The notes under the pieces were generated by a model, which was given only the letters and a program-made list of their open reading frames with translations, made no database searches and was not told the origin of the DNA. The position numbers and the translations under genes were made by a program. A DNA stretch of 63,575 nucleotides, counting the filler, from Vannella sp. (Eukaryota): the NCBI GenBank assembly GCA_023345925.1. It is 6 parts of 6 records of this genome, joined end to end, with 100 filler letters (N's around TTAATTAATTAA, not from the genome) between each part and the next. Parts side by side here need not be neighbours in the genome. Positions count along the whole stretch, not along the records: positions 42,055 to 50,504 come from JAJQQN010000420.1; positions 50,605 to 60,365 come from JAJQQN010000885.1; 4 more parts are not named here. One strand, given 5' to 3'. Shown here in pieces: positions 43,910 to 55,067 of this stretch. Positions within the stretch are counted from its first letter, which is position 1. The number at the start of each line of letters is the position of its first letter.

Positions 43910-45274
43910 CTATTCAGGGACAGGGCGGATGAAGATCTCATCAAAGTGCTCAAGCAAGTGTTGCACTGTGGGAACAGAGCACTGAAGTGTCGGTCCAAAG
44001 ATCAAAGCCACGTTCTCCACGCCCATAAAGTTGGTCTGCTTGTAAGAGACAATGTTGAGGAGCAGCACGAACATCCAATTCAGGAGCGCGTAATTGATAT
44101 CTGGAAGCTTCTCCATGAGACTGGCTGTGTAAGCCGCCCGCACTTTGACGTCCCCAACGGACTTGGCGGCCTCAAAGTTGGGAAGTAACTTGTTCGTGAG
44201 AATGCTCTCCGGGAGCTCACGTAGATACTGTTTAAGCAGTCCAGAGATAACATGAGGGTCATCCTCTTCACTGACGTCCGGGAAATCACCCAAATCGAAG
44301 CGTTTCTTCCAATACTGAATTCGTGAGTGACTTCCGCTCAGGCGGAAGATCCCTTCATCTGCCATGTGTTCCCGTACTTTGAAGGAAGCTAAGACTACTA
44401 CTAAGGGTAAGTGGAAGGGCTTGCTCATGTCGTTTCCTCTTGACACTGCGACGTCCAATGGCACTCCAAAGATCCGCGTGGCGGGGTTGTCTGGCTGTGA
44501 CATCCAGCGTTTCTCATCTGCCTCTTGTTGTGAAGGGTCAGGAGGGTTGGTAGAGGAGCGCCCAATCTTAGGGCGAGGAAGGAGCGCCAGTTTCCTTGCG
44601 AATGCGGTTACTTTGGGCCCTCTGTACTCTGGATTGGTTCGTGAACGGTTGCTCTTCTCTTTCACCCTGACTAGACTATCTTTGGAACCTGAGCAAGGAG
44701 TGCTGGGGCTCTGAATACCGCGTAACAGGCGTGATGGAACCTCCGGGGCGCATTCTACCTCCTTGACTACAGGTGGGTCACTGGAAGCACGAGGTCGAGA
44801 GAGAACTGGTTCCTCCACTAAAGGAGAACGATGGAGGGAGACTGGAAGAGGTGGCGCATCTGAATCCTTCGAACGGGGCCTTCCAACGAGGTAATCAGGA
44901 GCCACAGTACTGGACCGACGACGACTCACTGGTGAAGGTGACCGTGCCCTCGTTGTTATGTTACGTCCTCTACCCCGGTTACCACGGGGAGGAAGAGCCT
45001 TTCTGGGAGGATTCGGGGAGGTAACCTGCTCCTGAATAGCTGGAATTGTTCTAGCAGGGAGCCTCTCTCCAGGAGGTGCTGGAGGAGCTTTCACAGGAGG
45101 TCGCGATGGCAGGGAATCAGAGGGTAACCAAGGAGAACCCCTTCCTCCCGCCCCTCCGCGAACCCCTCTCTGCATCCTCTCTACCGGAACACCTCTACCA
45201 CGCGCAGCAGGCATCTTTGCACCTCGAACTACTGGTTTCCCACGTGGAAGAGAGTCAGGAACAGAAGCGCTCAT
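43910..45274 (-). CDS. RhoGAP-domain protein with Pro/Arg-rich N-terminus
   Basis: IFGVPL, EGIFRLSG (arginine finger), DPHVISGLLKQYLRELPE and NFMGVENVALIFGPTL. Confidence 0.92.
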   Translation of the reverse strand: MSASVPDSLPRGKPVVRGAKMPAARGRGVPVERMQRGVRGGAGGRGSPWLPSDSLPSRPPVKAPPAPPGERLPARTIPAIQEQVTSPNPPRKALPPRGNRGRGRNITTRARSPSPVSRRRSSTVAPDYLVGRPRSKDSDAPPLPVSLHRSPLVEEPVLSRPRASSDPPVVKEVECAPEVPSRLLRGIQSPSTPCSGSKDSLVRVKEKSNRSRTNPEYRGPKVTAFARKLALLPRPKIGRSSTNPPDPSQQEADEKRWMSQPDNPATRIFGVPLDVAVSRGNDMSKPFHLPLVVVLASFKVREHMADEGIFRLSGSHSRIQYWKKRFDLGDFPDVSEEDDPHVISGLLKQYLRELPESILTNKLLPNFEAAKSVGDVKVRAAYTASLMEKLPDINYALLNWMFVLLLNIVSYKQTNFMGVENVALIFGPTLQCSVPTVQHLLEHFDEIFIRPVPE

Positions 45275-45428
45275 CGTAAACGGGTGCGGAAGCCTCCGAC
45301 CAAGCCCGCGACTCAACAAATGAAGCCCTCGGACCTCAGGCGATGCCCTTCCTTTGCACTGGTCCAGGATTGAGTCGAGAATGAGGTTTGAGAGCAGAGA
45401 AAGGCCTCCTTTTGGCTTCATTGGTTGG

Positions 45429-47585
45429 ATGCTCCGGTGTTGGGGCGGGCGTCTGCCTTTGCGACTTCCCTTGCGGCTGTTTGGGACGACGGTTGCTGTG
45501 AGATGTGTATTGAGTGGTGGTATAGAAGGTGGAGTAGGAGATGGAGCACCAGGTGGTACGGCTGGAGTGTATACCTCTCGAATGGGGTTTGCGGTGAGAG
45601 AAAAGCGTTACGGAGACGCTGAAGCGATCATTGCGGAGGTCAAGAGCTTAGGTCTTAAGCCTGGTTACGACTATTACGACTTGTGGTTCCTTCTCCCGTC
45701 CTGTGCTGAGGCGTACGCCGAGTTTCGAGAGAGGAAAGTCTTCATCCCTTCCTCCGTGAAGGAGGACCGTCTACTAGAGCGCCTCTTTAACATCTGTGAG
45801 AGGTACCAACAATACGCAATGGTACCTGAGCTCTTGCGCCATGCAGAGGAGCTGGACTATCCAGATTTCCTCTACTTTGACTTGCAAGTGCCCGTTATCA
45901 TCGCCTCGGGAGCGCAAGAAGGTCAAATGAAGGACTACTGCTGGAGTCTTGCTGAAGAAGGCAATCTGACGGCGGAACAGGCGATCAGGATGCTGGCAAG
46001 GATGATCGTGCACAATCCCTCCGCTCTCTCTTCCACATCTCAGATCCTGCAGATAGGAGGCTCCCGCAACGGTATAGAACTGGGTGAGTTCTTGAACTAC
46101 ACTCTCCATCGCTGCCGTTCGGGCCCTGAAGTAGAGTCCGCGCTTCTGGTTGCTGCTCAGATCATTTCCTCGTTCCAGTGTCCTCAGCGTGTGGCTGAAT
46201 CAGCGTTCCAAGAGTGCTACGAGAGTCTGTTACGCAGGGGGCTCAAGTTCGTTGCCCACCAGCTCCATTTCCAACTGGAGCAAATCGGAATCAACCTTAA
46301 CGCACCTCCGGCTGGCGGGTTGGTTGACTTGGAGATGTCCAAAGTGGTCTCTAAGGAGGACCTTCTTCGTCTTCACTTAGAATCAGGCAATTATGAGGAG
46401 ATTGGAAAGTGTTTGCCATCTTTCAAGGACAAGAAGAGGAATACTGTTGATTTCTTCATGGAGATCGTTCCCGAATCGTGTGACAGTCTGACACTTTTAA
46501 ATGGGCTCAAAGAAGCTCAAGTGAGATTGCCAGTACCTTTAATCAAGGCGCTGATGAAGAGAGATCCTTGGGAGACCGTTTTACAGCTCGTCCCGTTCCT
46601 GGAGGAGATTCCCCGCGGAGTCGATGCAGAGGCCTTCGAATTTTTGATGCGAAAGTGCGCCTCAGAGGGAAAGCTGGCCTCGCTTCCTCAATTGGCTGAA
46701 GATGCCCTTTCTCTCGGTTTGTTGAACAATACTACCCGGGACCTGGTAGTGGACTCTCTTTACCAGTCGGACCGTTTCCCTGACGTGCTTAACTTTGTGA
46801 AACTGATGCAAAATGCCACTGAATCAGGCCAAGATCGCGCTGAATCATTTACTCTTGATGCAGAGTTCTTAGATTCTCTATTTCATCGTTTGAATGGACA
46901 GAACACCCTCTCTTTGATGGAAACTCTTTCGGACCCTCCAGTTCATCAATTTGAGCGTTTAGTGAATCTCTTTCATATTGCACCAGCTCTGGACCTTCAG
47001 ACAGCAAGTAGAATGACTGCACTCTTGCGGAAAGCTCCAAAAGGTTCAGAAACTGGCCCCTTACCGTATTCGAGCGGGAAAGTTGCCCAAATCCTATCCC
47101 GTGTGGAGCAAGGAACAGTTTTGTTGAAAGAGGGACCCATGGGGGCAAAGGATCTTCGCTACTACAACAGTTTGCTGGCATCCCATATTGCAAATCACCA
47201 ATATGAAGCTGCCAAAGCCATTCTTGAAGAGATCTCAAATGACTCGTCTCTGAAGCCAGATTATTTCACGAGAAAGCACCAAAAAGTGGTGGAGACGGCG
47301 CTCATGGGGGCACGTCCTCCTTCTTCAGACAGTAAGAACCAAAAAGCAGATGAAAGAGGATCAAAGCGCACATCATCTAATCCTTCAAACCGGAAACACC
47401 AAAAAGTGGCTGAAGAGGCATCAAAGAAGTCTATTCCCAACCTTAACCACCAAAATCCGATTGAAGGAGCACCAAAGCCCTCCAATCCCCGTCCTTCAGA
47501 CAAAAATGAGTCTCTCAAACCTGTTACAGGCCATAGCGGATTGCGAGAAATCCTGCAGAAGATTGACCCCAAAATCACTTCTTAG
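45429..47585 (+). CDS. PPR-like helical-repeat protein, probably mitochondrial
   Basis: Transit-like MLRCWGGRLPLRLPLRLF. PPR-like motifs YGDAEAIIAEVKSLGLKPG and YYNSLLASHIANHQYEAAKAILEEISNDSSLKPDYFT. Confidence 0.6.
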   Translation: MLRCWGGRLPLRLPLRLFGTTVAVRCVLSGGIEGGVGDGAPGGTAGVYTSRMGFAVREKRYGDAEAIIAEVKSLGLKPGYDYYDLWFLLPSCAEAYAEFRERKVFIPSSVKEDRLLERLFNICERYQQYAMVPELLRHAEELDYPDFLYFDLQVPVIIASGAQEGQMKDYCWSLAEEGNLTAEQAIRMLARMIVHNPSALSSTSQILQIGGSRNGIELGEFLNYTLHRCRSGPEVESALLVAAQIISSFQCPQRVAESAFQECYESLLRRGLKFVAHQLHFQLEQIGINLNAPPAGGLVDLEMSKVVSKEDLLRLHLESGNYEEIGKCLPSFKDKKRNTVDFFMEIVPESCDSLTLLNGLKEAQVRLPVPLIKALMKRDPWETVLQLVPFLEEIPRGVDAEAFEFLMRKCASEGKLASLPQLAEDALSLGLLNNTTRDLVVDSLYQSDRFPDVLNFVKLMQNATESGQDRAESFTLDAEFLDSLFHRLNGQNTLSLMETLSDPPVHQFERLVNLFHIAPALDLQTASRMTALLRKAPKGSETGPLPYSSGKVAQILSRVEQGTVLLKEGPMGAKDLRYYNSLLASHIANHQYEAAKAILEEISNDSSLKPDYFTRKHQKVVETALMGARPPSSDSKNQKADERGSKRTSSNPSNRKHQKVAEEASKKSIPNLNHQNPIEGAPKPSNPRPSDKNESLKPVTGHSGLREILQKIDPKITS

Positions 47586-47931
47586 GAAAGCGGGTGACTC
47601 TGAACCACTTACTAGTCATCAAAGATTGATTGATCACAACCAAACAGAGCTTATAAACGTCTGCACCCTTTCACAACGCCAGTTCTTTCTTTTCAGAAGA
47701 TCAGGGGGATGTCGCAAACTACTCGCATTCCTTTTTGCGGGCTTCGCCCTTCGAAGATTCAATGAAGTAACAGATCATCGTCAAGGCCCATAAGGACACG
47801 AACAGAGCAGATCATTAGGGTTGTATCACCAGCCAATCAAGATCGACATCCCAGTTTCCGGAGGATTCCTTGAATTGAGCAAGAAGAGGAAAGTTTCTGG
47901 TTCTTCATCTTTCTTCTTCTTCTGGTGGTCT

Positions 47932-50504
47932 ATGCGACCCCTTGTCTTCTTCCTCTTTCTACTTGTGGCGCTTTCGGTTTGTCATGAGCGACTGCAAGCT
48001 CCCCACGCGTGCGGGAATGATCTGCTGAAACAGACTCCTTGGTTCCTCGAGCATTCTGCTTCTTTTGAAGGCCTTTCTGAAGAGGTACGGTTGAACAGAC
48101 ACCTATTTGAGAGAGCCAACACTGTCCTTCGCATTCCTGTGGTCTGGCATGTCCTCACCAACAGCCCCACCAACCGCGTGAGCCGAGAAACGATTCTTGC
48201 GGAGATGGGCTGGCTCAACGACTGGTTCTCTGCCAAGAACAAGTACTACAACACCTCAGACATGTTCGCTGCAGTTGTCGCAGGCTCGGATGACCTCAAA
48301 ATCCGCTTCGAGCTCGCCACCAAGGACCCTCTTGGCAATACCTTCGACGGTGTGCGTTACATCACCAGTACTCAGGCAGAGTCCTGCTCATCTTCAAGTA
48401 CTGCTAACTTCTACACCTCGCAAGGAGGAGCGGACATCTGGGATTCGAGTCTTTACTTTAACGTGTACACTTGCAAGATCACCAATGGGTTTTCAGGGTT
48501 TGCGTTCTATCCCAGTTACAGCCCCTATGCTACTGATGGCTGTGTGATGGACTACTCAAAGCTGGGTAGTTCCTACTCTTCTGGCGCCACATTAGCGCAC
48601 GAGGCTGGACATTGGCTCGGACTTTATCACACTTTTGAGGGAGATTCGTGCAGTTTGGATGACAAGGTTGCTGACACTCCCAATACGGATACGAATGGCT
48701 TAAACTGGCTTCTTGCGACGGACCCATGCAACATCCAGGACAGCACCACGGCCTTTGTTCGATGTGGCAACACTGTAATGGTCCGCAATGTGATGGAGTA
48801 TAATTACGCGCCTTGCAATCAGTACTTTACGAAGCAGCAAGCCTCGCGCATGCGGGGGTACTTGTTGAATCCCAGCAGTCCTCGATCTTATCTCACAACA
48901 AGTCCGGCATTGGCACCTTCTTGTCCCACTTATGACTGCTTTGGAAAGAGCTGCGGCCCAGATGGATGCGGTGGGATCTGCGGAACGTGTTCATCTCTCT
49001 CTGCTTGTGGTGGTAATGGCAATTGCTACTCTTCCATCCCTAAGAACATCGACTGCCCAACGGCCGAGGGTCTAACGCAATCGACGACAGGCTACTCAGT
49101 CACCAAGGTCAATACTGGTGTGGTCAATGATCCATTCTCTTGTGGTAAGTGAGTTCATTGCATATCCAATGGAACTGATGAAGGGCGAAGACTTTTCCAC
49201 ATTTCAGAATGCGCCTGGTGGACTTTGGTACTATTTCAAGGCGAGTGCCTCTGGTGTCGCTTCGGTCACTACAGCAGGAAGCTCTGTCGATACCATTGTA
49301 AGCGTTTTTAATTCTACCAAATGTACTGGCCTTGGATATGACTGTGCCGGTTTCAACGACGATGTCTCAGCCACGGTTAAGACTTCTTCTATTACTTTCG
49401 ACGTCACCATTGGAACCACCTACACTCTAATTGTCAGCGGAAAGTCCGACCTCCGAGGCACTCTTGTAACTAATCTGGAAATGATTGGTTCCTTTACATG
49501 CACCCCTGCTTGCGGTCTTCGTAAGTGCGGTACGAATGGTTGCGGTGGGCAGTGTGGAACTTGTGGAAGTGGAGAAGAATGCAACGTTCATTCCCAGTGT
49601 GTTCCTGGAGCTGTGGCTCCTTTTGTCCCGTCATCAACCAGCACACCCGCAAACAGTCCCTCTGCTCCTGTATCCGGCTCAACAGCTGCTTCACCTTCAA
49701 AGTCTCCCTTAGGACTGTCCCCTTCAAAGTCTCCCGTTGGGCCTTCACCATCAAGCCAATGTAACGCTCAGCAGCAATGCACCGCCAATGGATTTGAGTG
49801 TGGAGTCGCTTCTGTTTGCGGAATCACGTTTAACTGCGGTTCATGTAGTGCTGGCAAAGTCTGCTCCTCTAACAAGTGCTCGTGCCCACTTGGTACCGTC
49901 AGTACCAATGGATTGTGCGTTTCCAACGCCCCAACTGGGATTCCCAACTATGCCTTGGACTTCAGCCAGCTCTCTCCCCCGTTTCCTGTTGGCTACATTG
50001 TCAGTGGGCAGTCCCTGGTGATCAATCAAAATGGCGACTATCTCATCCGCTGGGATAAGTCCGCCAACGTTGTAGACAAGTACACAACTTCTCAGACCTT
50101 CAATATCACAGCTTCCTCTGGAAGTTTGGCTTTTGCCCTCCGGACTGGCCAGTCTGGTTCTTCACGCGCCAACGACCGAATAGAATGGCGCTTGACTAAT
50201 GTTGACGGATCAAACGCAGATCTGAATATTTGCTTAGTCTATCAAGGAGAAGACGCTGGTTGTACGCCCTTTGGCTCCATCCCATTCCTTTCCGGAGCTG
50301 GATTGAATGTCACGAACACAATGGGATTTGACGACGCTGCGGGGAAAATCCTGTTTAGTCTTCAGTTTACTGTCAATGGTGTGAGCTATCTTTACACTGG
50401 AAACACCCAGGGAAGTTACTATCCAGCCCTGGGAAGTATGTCCTTCTTCTTCTCTTCGACAACCAGCCCACGCCCAATCATCACCAATCTGAAGTTGGCC
50501 ACTT
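47932..50504 (+). CDS. Secreted M43 (pappalysin/ulilysin) metalloprotease with Cys-rich repeats, 3'-truncated
   Basis: Signal peptide, IPVVWHVL, zinc motif HEAGHWLGLYHTF, DDKVADTP, Met-turn NVMEY and CGxxGCGGxCGTC repeats. Intron near 49145-49190. Confidence 0.9.
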
Positions 50505-50604
50505 NNNNNNNNNNNNNNNNNNNNNNNNNNNNNNNNNNNNNNNNNNNNTTAATTAATTAANNNNNNNNNNNNNNNNNNNNNNNNNNNNNNNNNNNNNNNN
50601 NNNN
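50505..50604. other. Artificial contig spacer
   Basis: 44 N, TTAATTAATTAA, 44 N. Confidence 0.98.
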
Positions 50605-50731
50605 TTTTCGAAACTGATTCATTGAATAGTCCCGATTTCAAGCCGATGTATTCTCTGAAGTCCAACTGAATTCTCCAGGTCGCTTATCGATCACCGATCG
50701 ATTCGCAGGCATTTATTCTCCAACCCGTGGT

Positions 50732-51241
50732 ATGAGCCTTGATAGCCCCATCCACTCTCTGGTAAGGGAAGAGCTGAACGTTCTGCAACACGTTCGGTCT
50801 TGGATGGCAAATCGACCCAGCCCAAGCCCTTCCATGTCTCATTCCGTGTACTGCAAGGGATCCATCTCCCTGCATGCTGGAATCATCAAGATACAAGACA
50901 TTCCTAAGGGAGCCGGATGGAAATGGAACCAGACGAGGAGGAAGAGTGAGCACCACACGAGAACTTCCAATCCTGCAGTGATCACCAAACTCATTCCTCG
51001 GAGGAGCAAGCTGGCAGAAGAGGATGCTCCCCGATACAAACTTTGGCACCTCACTTTCAACAACGGGCAGGTTCCATTAACCGTCCTCTACTGTGAGAAA
51101 GGAGTGGAACCACTGTTGACAACTCCTCACTCTTCCCTCTATGGAAGTAACATCGCCTTGGAAGGCCATTGGGGCACTCCTCAAACAACTCCACAAACTA
51201 ATGTAAACAAGATGTCGATTAACTACCTCTGTTCAAACTGA
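50732..51241 (+). CDS. Uncharacterised small protein family, copy 1 (candidate transcription factor)
   Basis: Intronless 169 aa, highly similar to the ORFs at 51629 and 54276. Ends KMSINYLCSN. Confidence 0.85.
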   Translation: MSLDSPIHSLVREELNVLQHVRSWMANRPSPSPSMSHSVYCKGSISLHAGIIKIQDIPKGAGWKWNQTRRKSEHHTRTSNPAVITKLIPRRSKLAEEDAPRYKLWHLTFNNGQVPLTVLYCEKGVEPLLTTPHSSLYGSNIALEGHWGTPQTTPQTNVNKMSINYLCSN

Positions 51242-51349
51242 AAATACACTCTGTCGCCTCTTATGTTGTTAAAATCGAGGGGGAAGGCTCCTCATCACTT
51301 TCTCTCAGCATTCTATGAAGGATTTTCTCATCCTTTGCCAGGAGAAAGG

Positions 51350-51421
51350 AGAAGAGAGAATGCAGAAGCACTTTTGAACGGAGGCCAGCAGAGAAGAGAG
51401 AATGTAGAAGCACTTTTGAAC
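51350..51421 (+). repeat. Tandem duplication (~41-bp period) AGAAGAGAGAATG(C/T)AGAAGCACTTTTGAAC
   Basis: Directly visible between family copies 1 and 2. Confidence 0.8.
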
Positions 51422-51628
51422 TTACAATGCGACAAGTGATTATCACTGGACCATCCTCAGCACCCAGTGCTGAGGATCATGTCTCATTGATTGATGTGAT
51501 TATTTGAATCTTATCTCCCAGAAAAGGCGTTCGATCGACATTGGTCCGATTCAGCGAGCGTCCGAAGGTGGCTCTTTGTGGGTCTGGAAAACGCCCGTCA
51601 TGAGGCCATATTCTGCTGCCCTTGCGTA

Positions 51629-52135
51629 ATGAGTGTCAGAAGCCCTGTTCACTCTCTTGCAAGGGAGGAGCTTCGTGTGATCCAACATGTGCGTTCGTGG
51701 ATGACGAGGAAGCCCCATCCTAGCGTGGGTTTGTTTCCGTCTGTCTACTACAAAGGAGCGATTTCCTTGCACCATACTCTGATCAAGATTCAAGAGATTC
51801 CGACTGGCTACGGGTGGAAGTGGAACCAAACTCGGAAGAAAAAGGAGAACGTCTCTGGCAGCTCAGAGACCATGGTGATTACCAAGCTCATTCCACGGGG
51901 AGGAGTGTTAAATCAAGAGCCTGTCCCACGTTACAAGCTTTGGCACGTTACTTTCTCAAATGAGGCCACCATTTCCACTGTTCTCTTTTGCGAGAAAGGA
52001 GTGGACAGGAATCCGACATGCCATGTCTCTCCTCTTTACGGAAGCAACATCGCTTTGGATGGTCAGTGGCAATCAGAATTGGAAGAACTTGGTGCAGTTC
52101 CCAACAAAATGTCCTTCGAGTTCCTCTGTTCGTGA
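51629..52135 (+). CDS. Uncharacterised small protein family, copy 2
   Basis: MSVRSPVHSLAREEL...GYGWKWNQTRKKK...YKLWHV...LFCEKG...KMSFEFLCS. Confidence 0.85.
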   Translation: MSVRSPVHSLAREELRVIQHVRSWMTRKPHPSVGLFPSVYYKGAISLHHTLIKIQEIPTGYGWKWNQTRKKKENVSGSSETMVITKLIPRGGVLNQEPVPRYKLWHVTFSNEATISTVLFCEKGVDRNPTCHVSPLYGSNIALDGQWQSELEELGAVPNKMSFEFLCS

Positions 52136-52236
52136 TTTGAAAGGATAAAAGGCCCTTACCAGGCTTGGTAGCCTTCACTCAACCGCAGGCATTCAAGTTT
52201 GGCTTGCAGGTCGCTACTGTGACCTTATAGAAAGCT

Positions 52237-53584
52237 CTATTCGATTTCTTTCTTGCGGCGCTTGACCGGAGGTTCATCCTCTTCGTCAGCAGTGTCCTCG
52301 TCGTCCGATTGTGGCTCTGGTTCTTGCTTGGCATGTCTTGGCTGCTTTGCAGCGACCCTTGGCTTCTTCTCTTTCTTCTCCTCTTTCTGCCTTTCGATCT
52401 CCTCTTGAGCTTGTTCGAGAAGTCGAACTTCCCGCTGAGCAACGACCTCTAAACGTTCTGCCTTTTGGTACACGTACGAGCCTGTCTGGTTGTAGGTTTT
52501 AGCGTTCTGTAGCATCAACAAAATGTCGTCCAGAAACTCTGTTGTTGAAGAATATCCCTTTCCCGTCCAAGTCAGTATCTTGTTATTGAGAGAGGGGCTC
52601 TTTACCGGGCGGACGAGCTTCTTCTTGATAGTAGAGAGATCCATGGGTCTCTTAATAATGGCAGAGTAGCCTGGTGCAATAGCATCAGTCACAGGATGGC
52701 GGAACATATCTCCGTCCTCATGCGACCAACAGTGGCGCCACACGCTCATTAATCCAGCATCTAAATCCTTCCCAAGGTACTTCTTCATCTCTCTTGTTGT
52801 CGCTCGCCTTGAAAGGGGTCACTTCCAGGAGCTTGGGACCTTAAAAATCTTACCTTGCTGGTCTCTTCGTCAAAGTGGGTACAGTGGACGCTTCTGTCTC
52901 ATCAGAAGAAGCTTCTGTATCCTCAGAGTCCGATGAAACAGTGGCAAGAGACACCGTGCTGGCATTCAAAGAGCTGGAACGGAAGGAATCCCCATCTGAA
53001 GCGTCTGTATCCTCTGAATTCTCAGTCTGTAGGTCCACTTCTGCTTGCATCTTCTCTAGAACTCCTTGCAAGTCCTCATCTGAAGCCTTCTTGATGGCAG
53101 AGATGACGTCATCCATCACACTGAGCGCCAGAGTCAGTTTCTGGCTGTGTGGGGACGGGAGGGAGCGGTACATTAGCTTCGTGTTAGACTGTGCGATTAA
53201 GCTCTCAAGTTCAGTTATCCTCCGCTGGCGAAGCTCGCCTTCTATCGCCTGAACTGTGCCCAAGTCGGCTGATCGAGGGCGGCTAGAAAGATGCTCTCCA
53301 ACGATCTCTGCCGCCAAGTTCATGTACTCAGAGGCACAGCTCTATGATGTGTAAGTTCAACAGACAAAGGAGGAGCCTGGAAAGCACCTTGGGAGTGAAG
53401 AAACTCCGCTTGTTCGTCAGAATCACGGAAAGCGAGGGCTCTTGCTTCATAGTGCGAGCTACATGGACAAAAGACTTCTGCTCTCGTAGAACGCAATGAG
53501 TGAGCACTAGCTTCTCCACAGTGGTCCATTCTACAAGTGTCAACCCCGATTCCCCGCCGACCCTGACCCCTCCTCACCCTCCAT
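52237..53584 (-). CDS. BRD8-like bromodomain protein (NuA4/TIP60-associated), multi-exon
   Basis: N-terminal EWTTVEKLVLTHCV..VARTMK and LRQRRITELE resemble the BRD8 N-terminus. Bromodomain FRHPVT..APGYSAIIKRPMDLSTIKKK..LMLQNAKTYN. Confidence 0.78.
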
Positions 53585-54275
53585 CGCGCCCTTTATCCCA
53601 AAGAATGGCATTCTCCTTGGCTTGGGTTGGAGACTTGGATACGTTAGAAGGCAACAGCTCTATGAATGATCTCAATAGCTCGGCCAAACCGCAAGAACGT
53701 GACTATTCGCAGCCAGGAAGGTTGCTAGAGTCATCAGATTGATTCCAATTGACTTGTTCAAGTCATCCATTCAAGGGACAGTGCGCTCAATCTGGTATTC
53801 TCATTTATGGGCAACTCGAAGTCACTTCTGCCTCTTGGAACGATCATTTAGCAGCAAGCTGATACCACTTATCGATGATCTACATCGATAGCCAAAGTCT
53901 TCCATGCCACTCTCGCCAACTCCTTCACTTCTTTGGAAATGCTGCTTTGAAAAGGGTGAAAACTGGAGGAGCAGTCAAATGCCTACGCGCGATTATTCGC
54001 AGAACGAAGCGCTTCGTGTTTGCCAGTTCACGGAGAATCGGGAAGTGGTGGCGCCATTCTGATCCTGTCGGACCGTTTATCAGACGACAGCTGTTCTTCC
54101 TGAATTTACGGGTGCCCCAAATATTATAAAAAATTGTTCTGAGCGGATCAAATGGGTGGTTCTCACACTCGGTTTCCAGCAGATCAACGGATTGGCGGGC
54201 GTGAAGTTGATTGGGTCTACGTGGGCGTTCTGTTCGGAAAACGCCCACAAAGTCATACTTTCTGCCACCTGCTTA

Positions 54276-54779
54276 ATGAGCGCTGATAGCCCGGCACGTT
54301 CTTTGTCAAGAGAGGAACTTCATGTCATCCAACATGTGCGGTCCTGGATGGCCAGCAAGCCTAATCCCAGTGTGGCATTGCTGTCGTCCGTCTTTGACAA
54401 AGGAGCCATTTCCATTTACCATCGCCTAGTCAAGGTACAACAGATTCCAACCGGCTACGGGTGGAATTGGAACCAAAACCGAAAAAAGAAGGAACACATC
54501 CTCGGTACTGAAGAGACCATGGTGATGACCAAGCTCATTCCGCGCCGGAGTGTCAGGAACAAAGACCCCCGACCTCTGTACAAGCTCTGGCATGTCGTCT
54601 TTACGAATGCTGGCACCGTCTCCACTGTTCTCTATTGCGAGAAAGGTGTGGACAAGAGTCCTACATGCCACATCTGCCCTCTCTACGGGAGCAACATTGC
54701 CTTGGTCAGTCAGAACACCGAATCGGAAGACCTTTGTGTGGTTCCAAACAGAATGTCCGTCAAGTTCCTCTGTTCGTGA
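54276..54779 (+). CDS. Uncharacterised small protein family, copy 3
   Basis: MSADSPARSLSREEL...GYGWNWNQNRKKK...YKLWHV...LYCEKG...RMSVKFLCS. Confidence 0.85.
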   Translation: MSADSPARSLSREELHVIQHVRSWMASKPNPSVALLSSVFDKGAISIYHRLVKVQQIPTGYGWNWNQNRKKKEHILGTEETMVMTKLIPRRSVRNKDPRPLYKLWHVVFTNAGTVSTVLYCEKGVDKSPTCHICPLYGSNIALVSQNTESEDLCVVPNRMSVKFLCS

Positions 54780-55067
54780 CTCCATTGGATAAACCCGGTT
54801 TTCCAGCCTGGTTGCCCTCTTCGCCGCCTTACACTCAAGAGCAATGTCGTCAGAAGACCAAACTTACCTTGAAAGTCAACAAATCATGATTTGAATGGCC
54901 AAGGGACGGGAAGAAGACTCCGAATCATCTCAGCCCTCGGTCGAAAATTGTCTAAATTCGACCGGGATCATTACAGATCAGCTTTTTATATGTTTTGAAG
55001 AAGGTCATTTTTCGCTCACTTGCATCATTGCCTGGTTGGTGATCCCAGTTGGAGAGAACAAGGTGGA

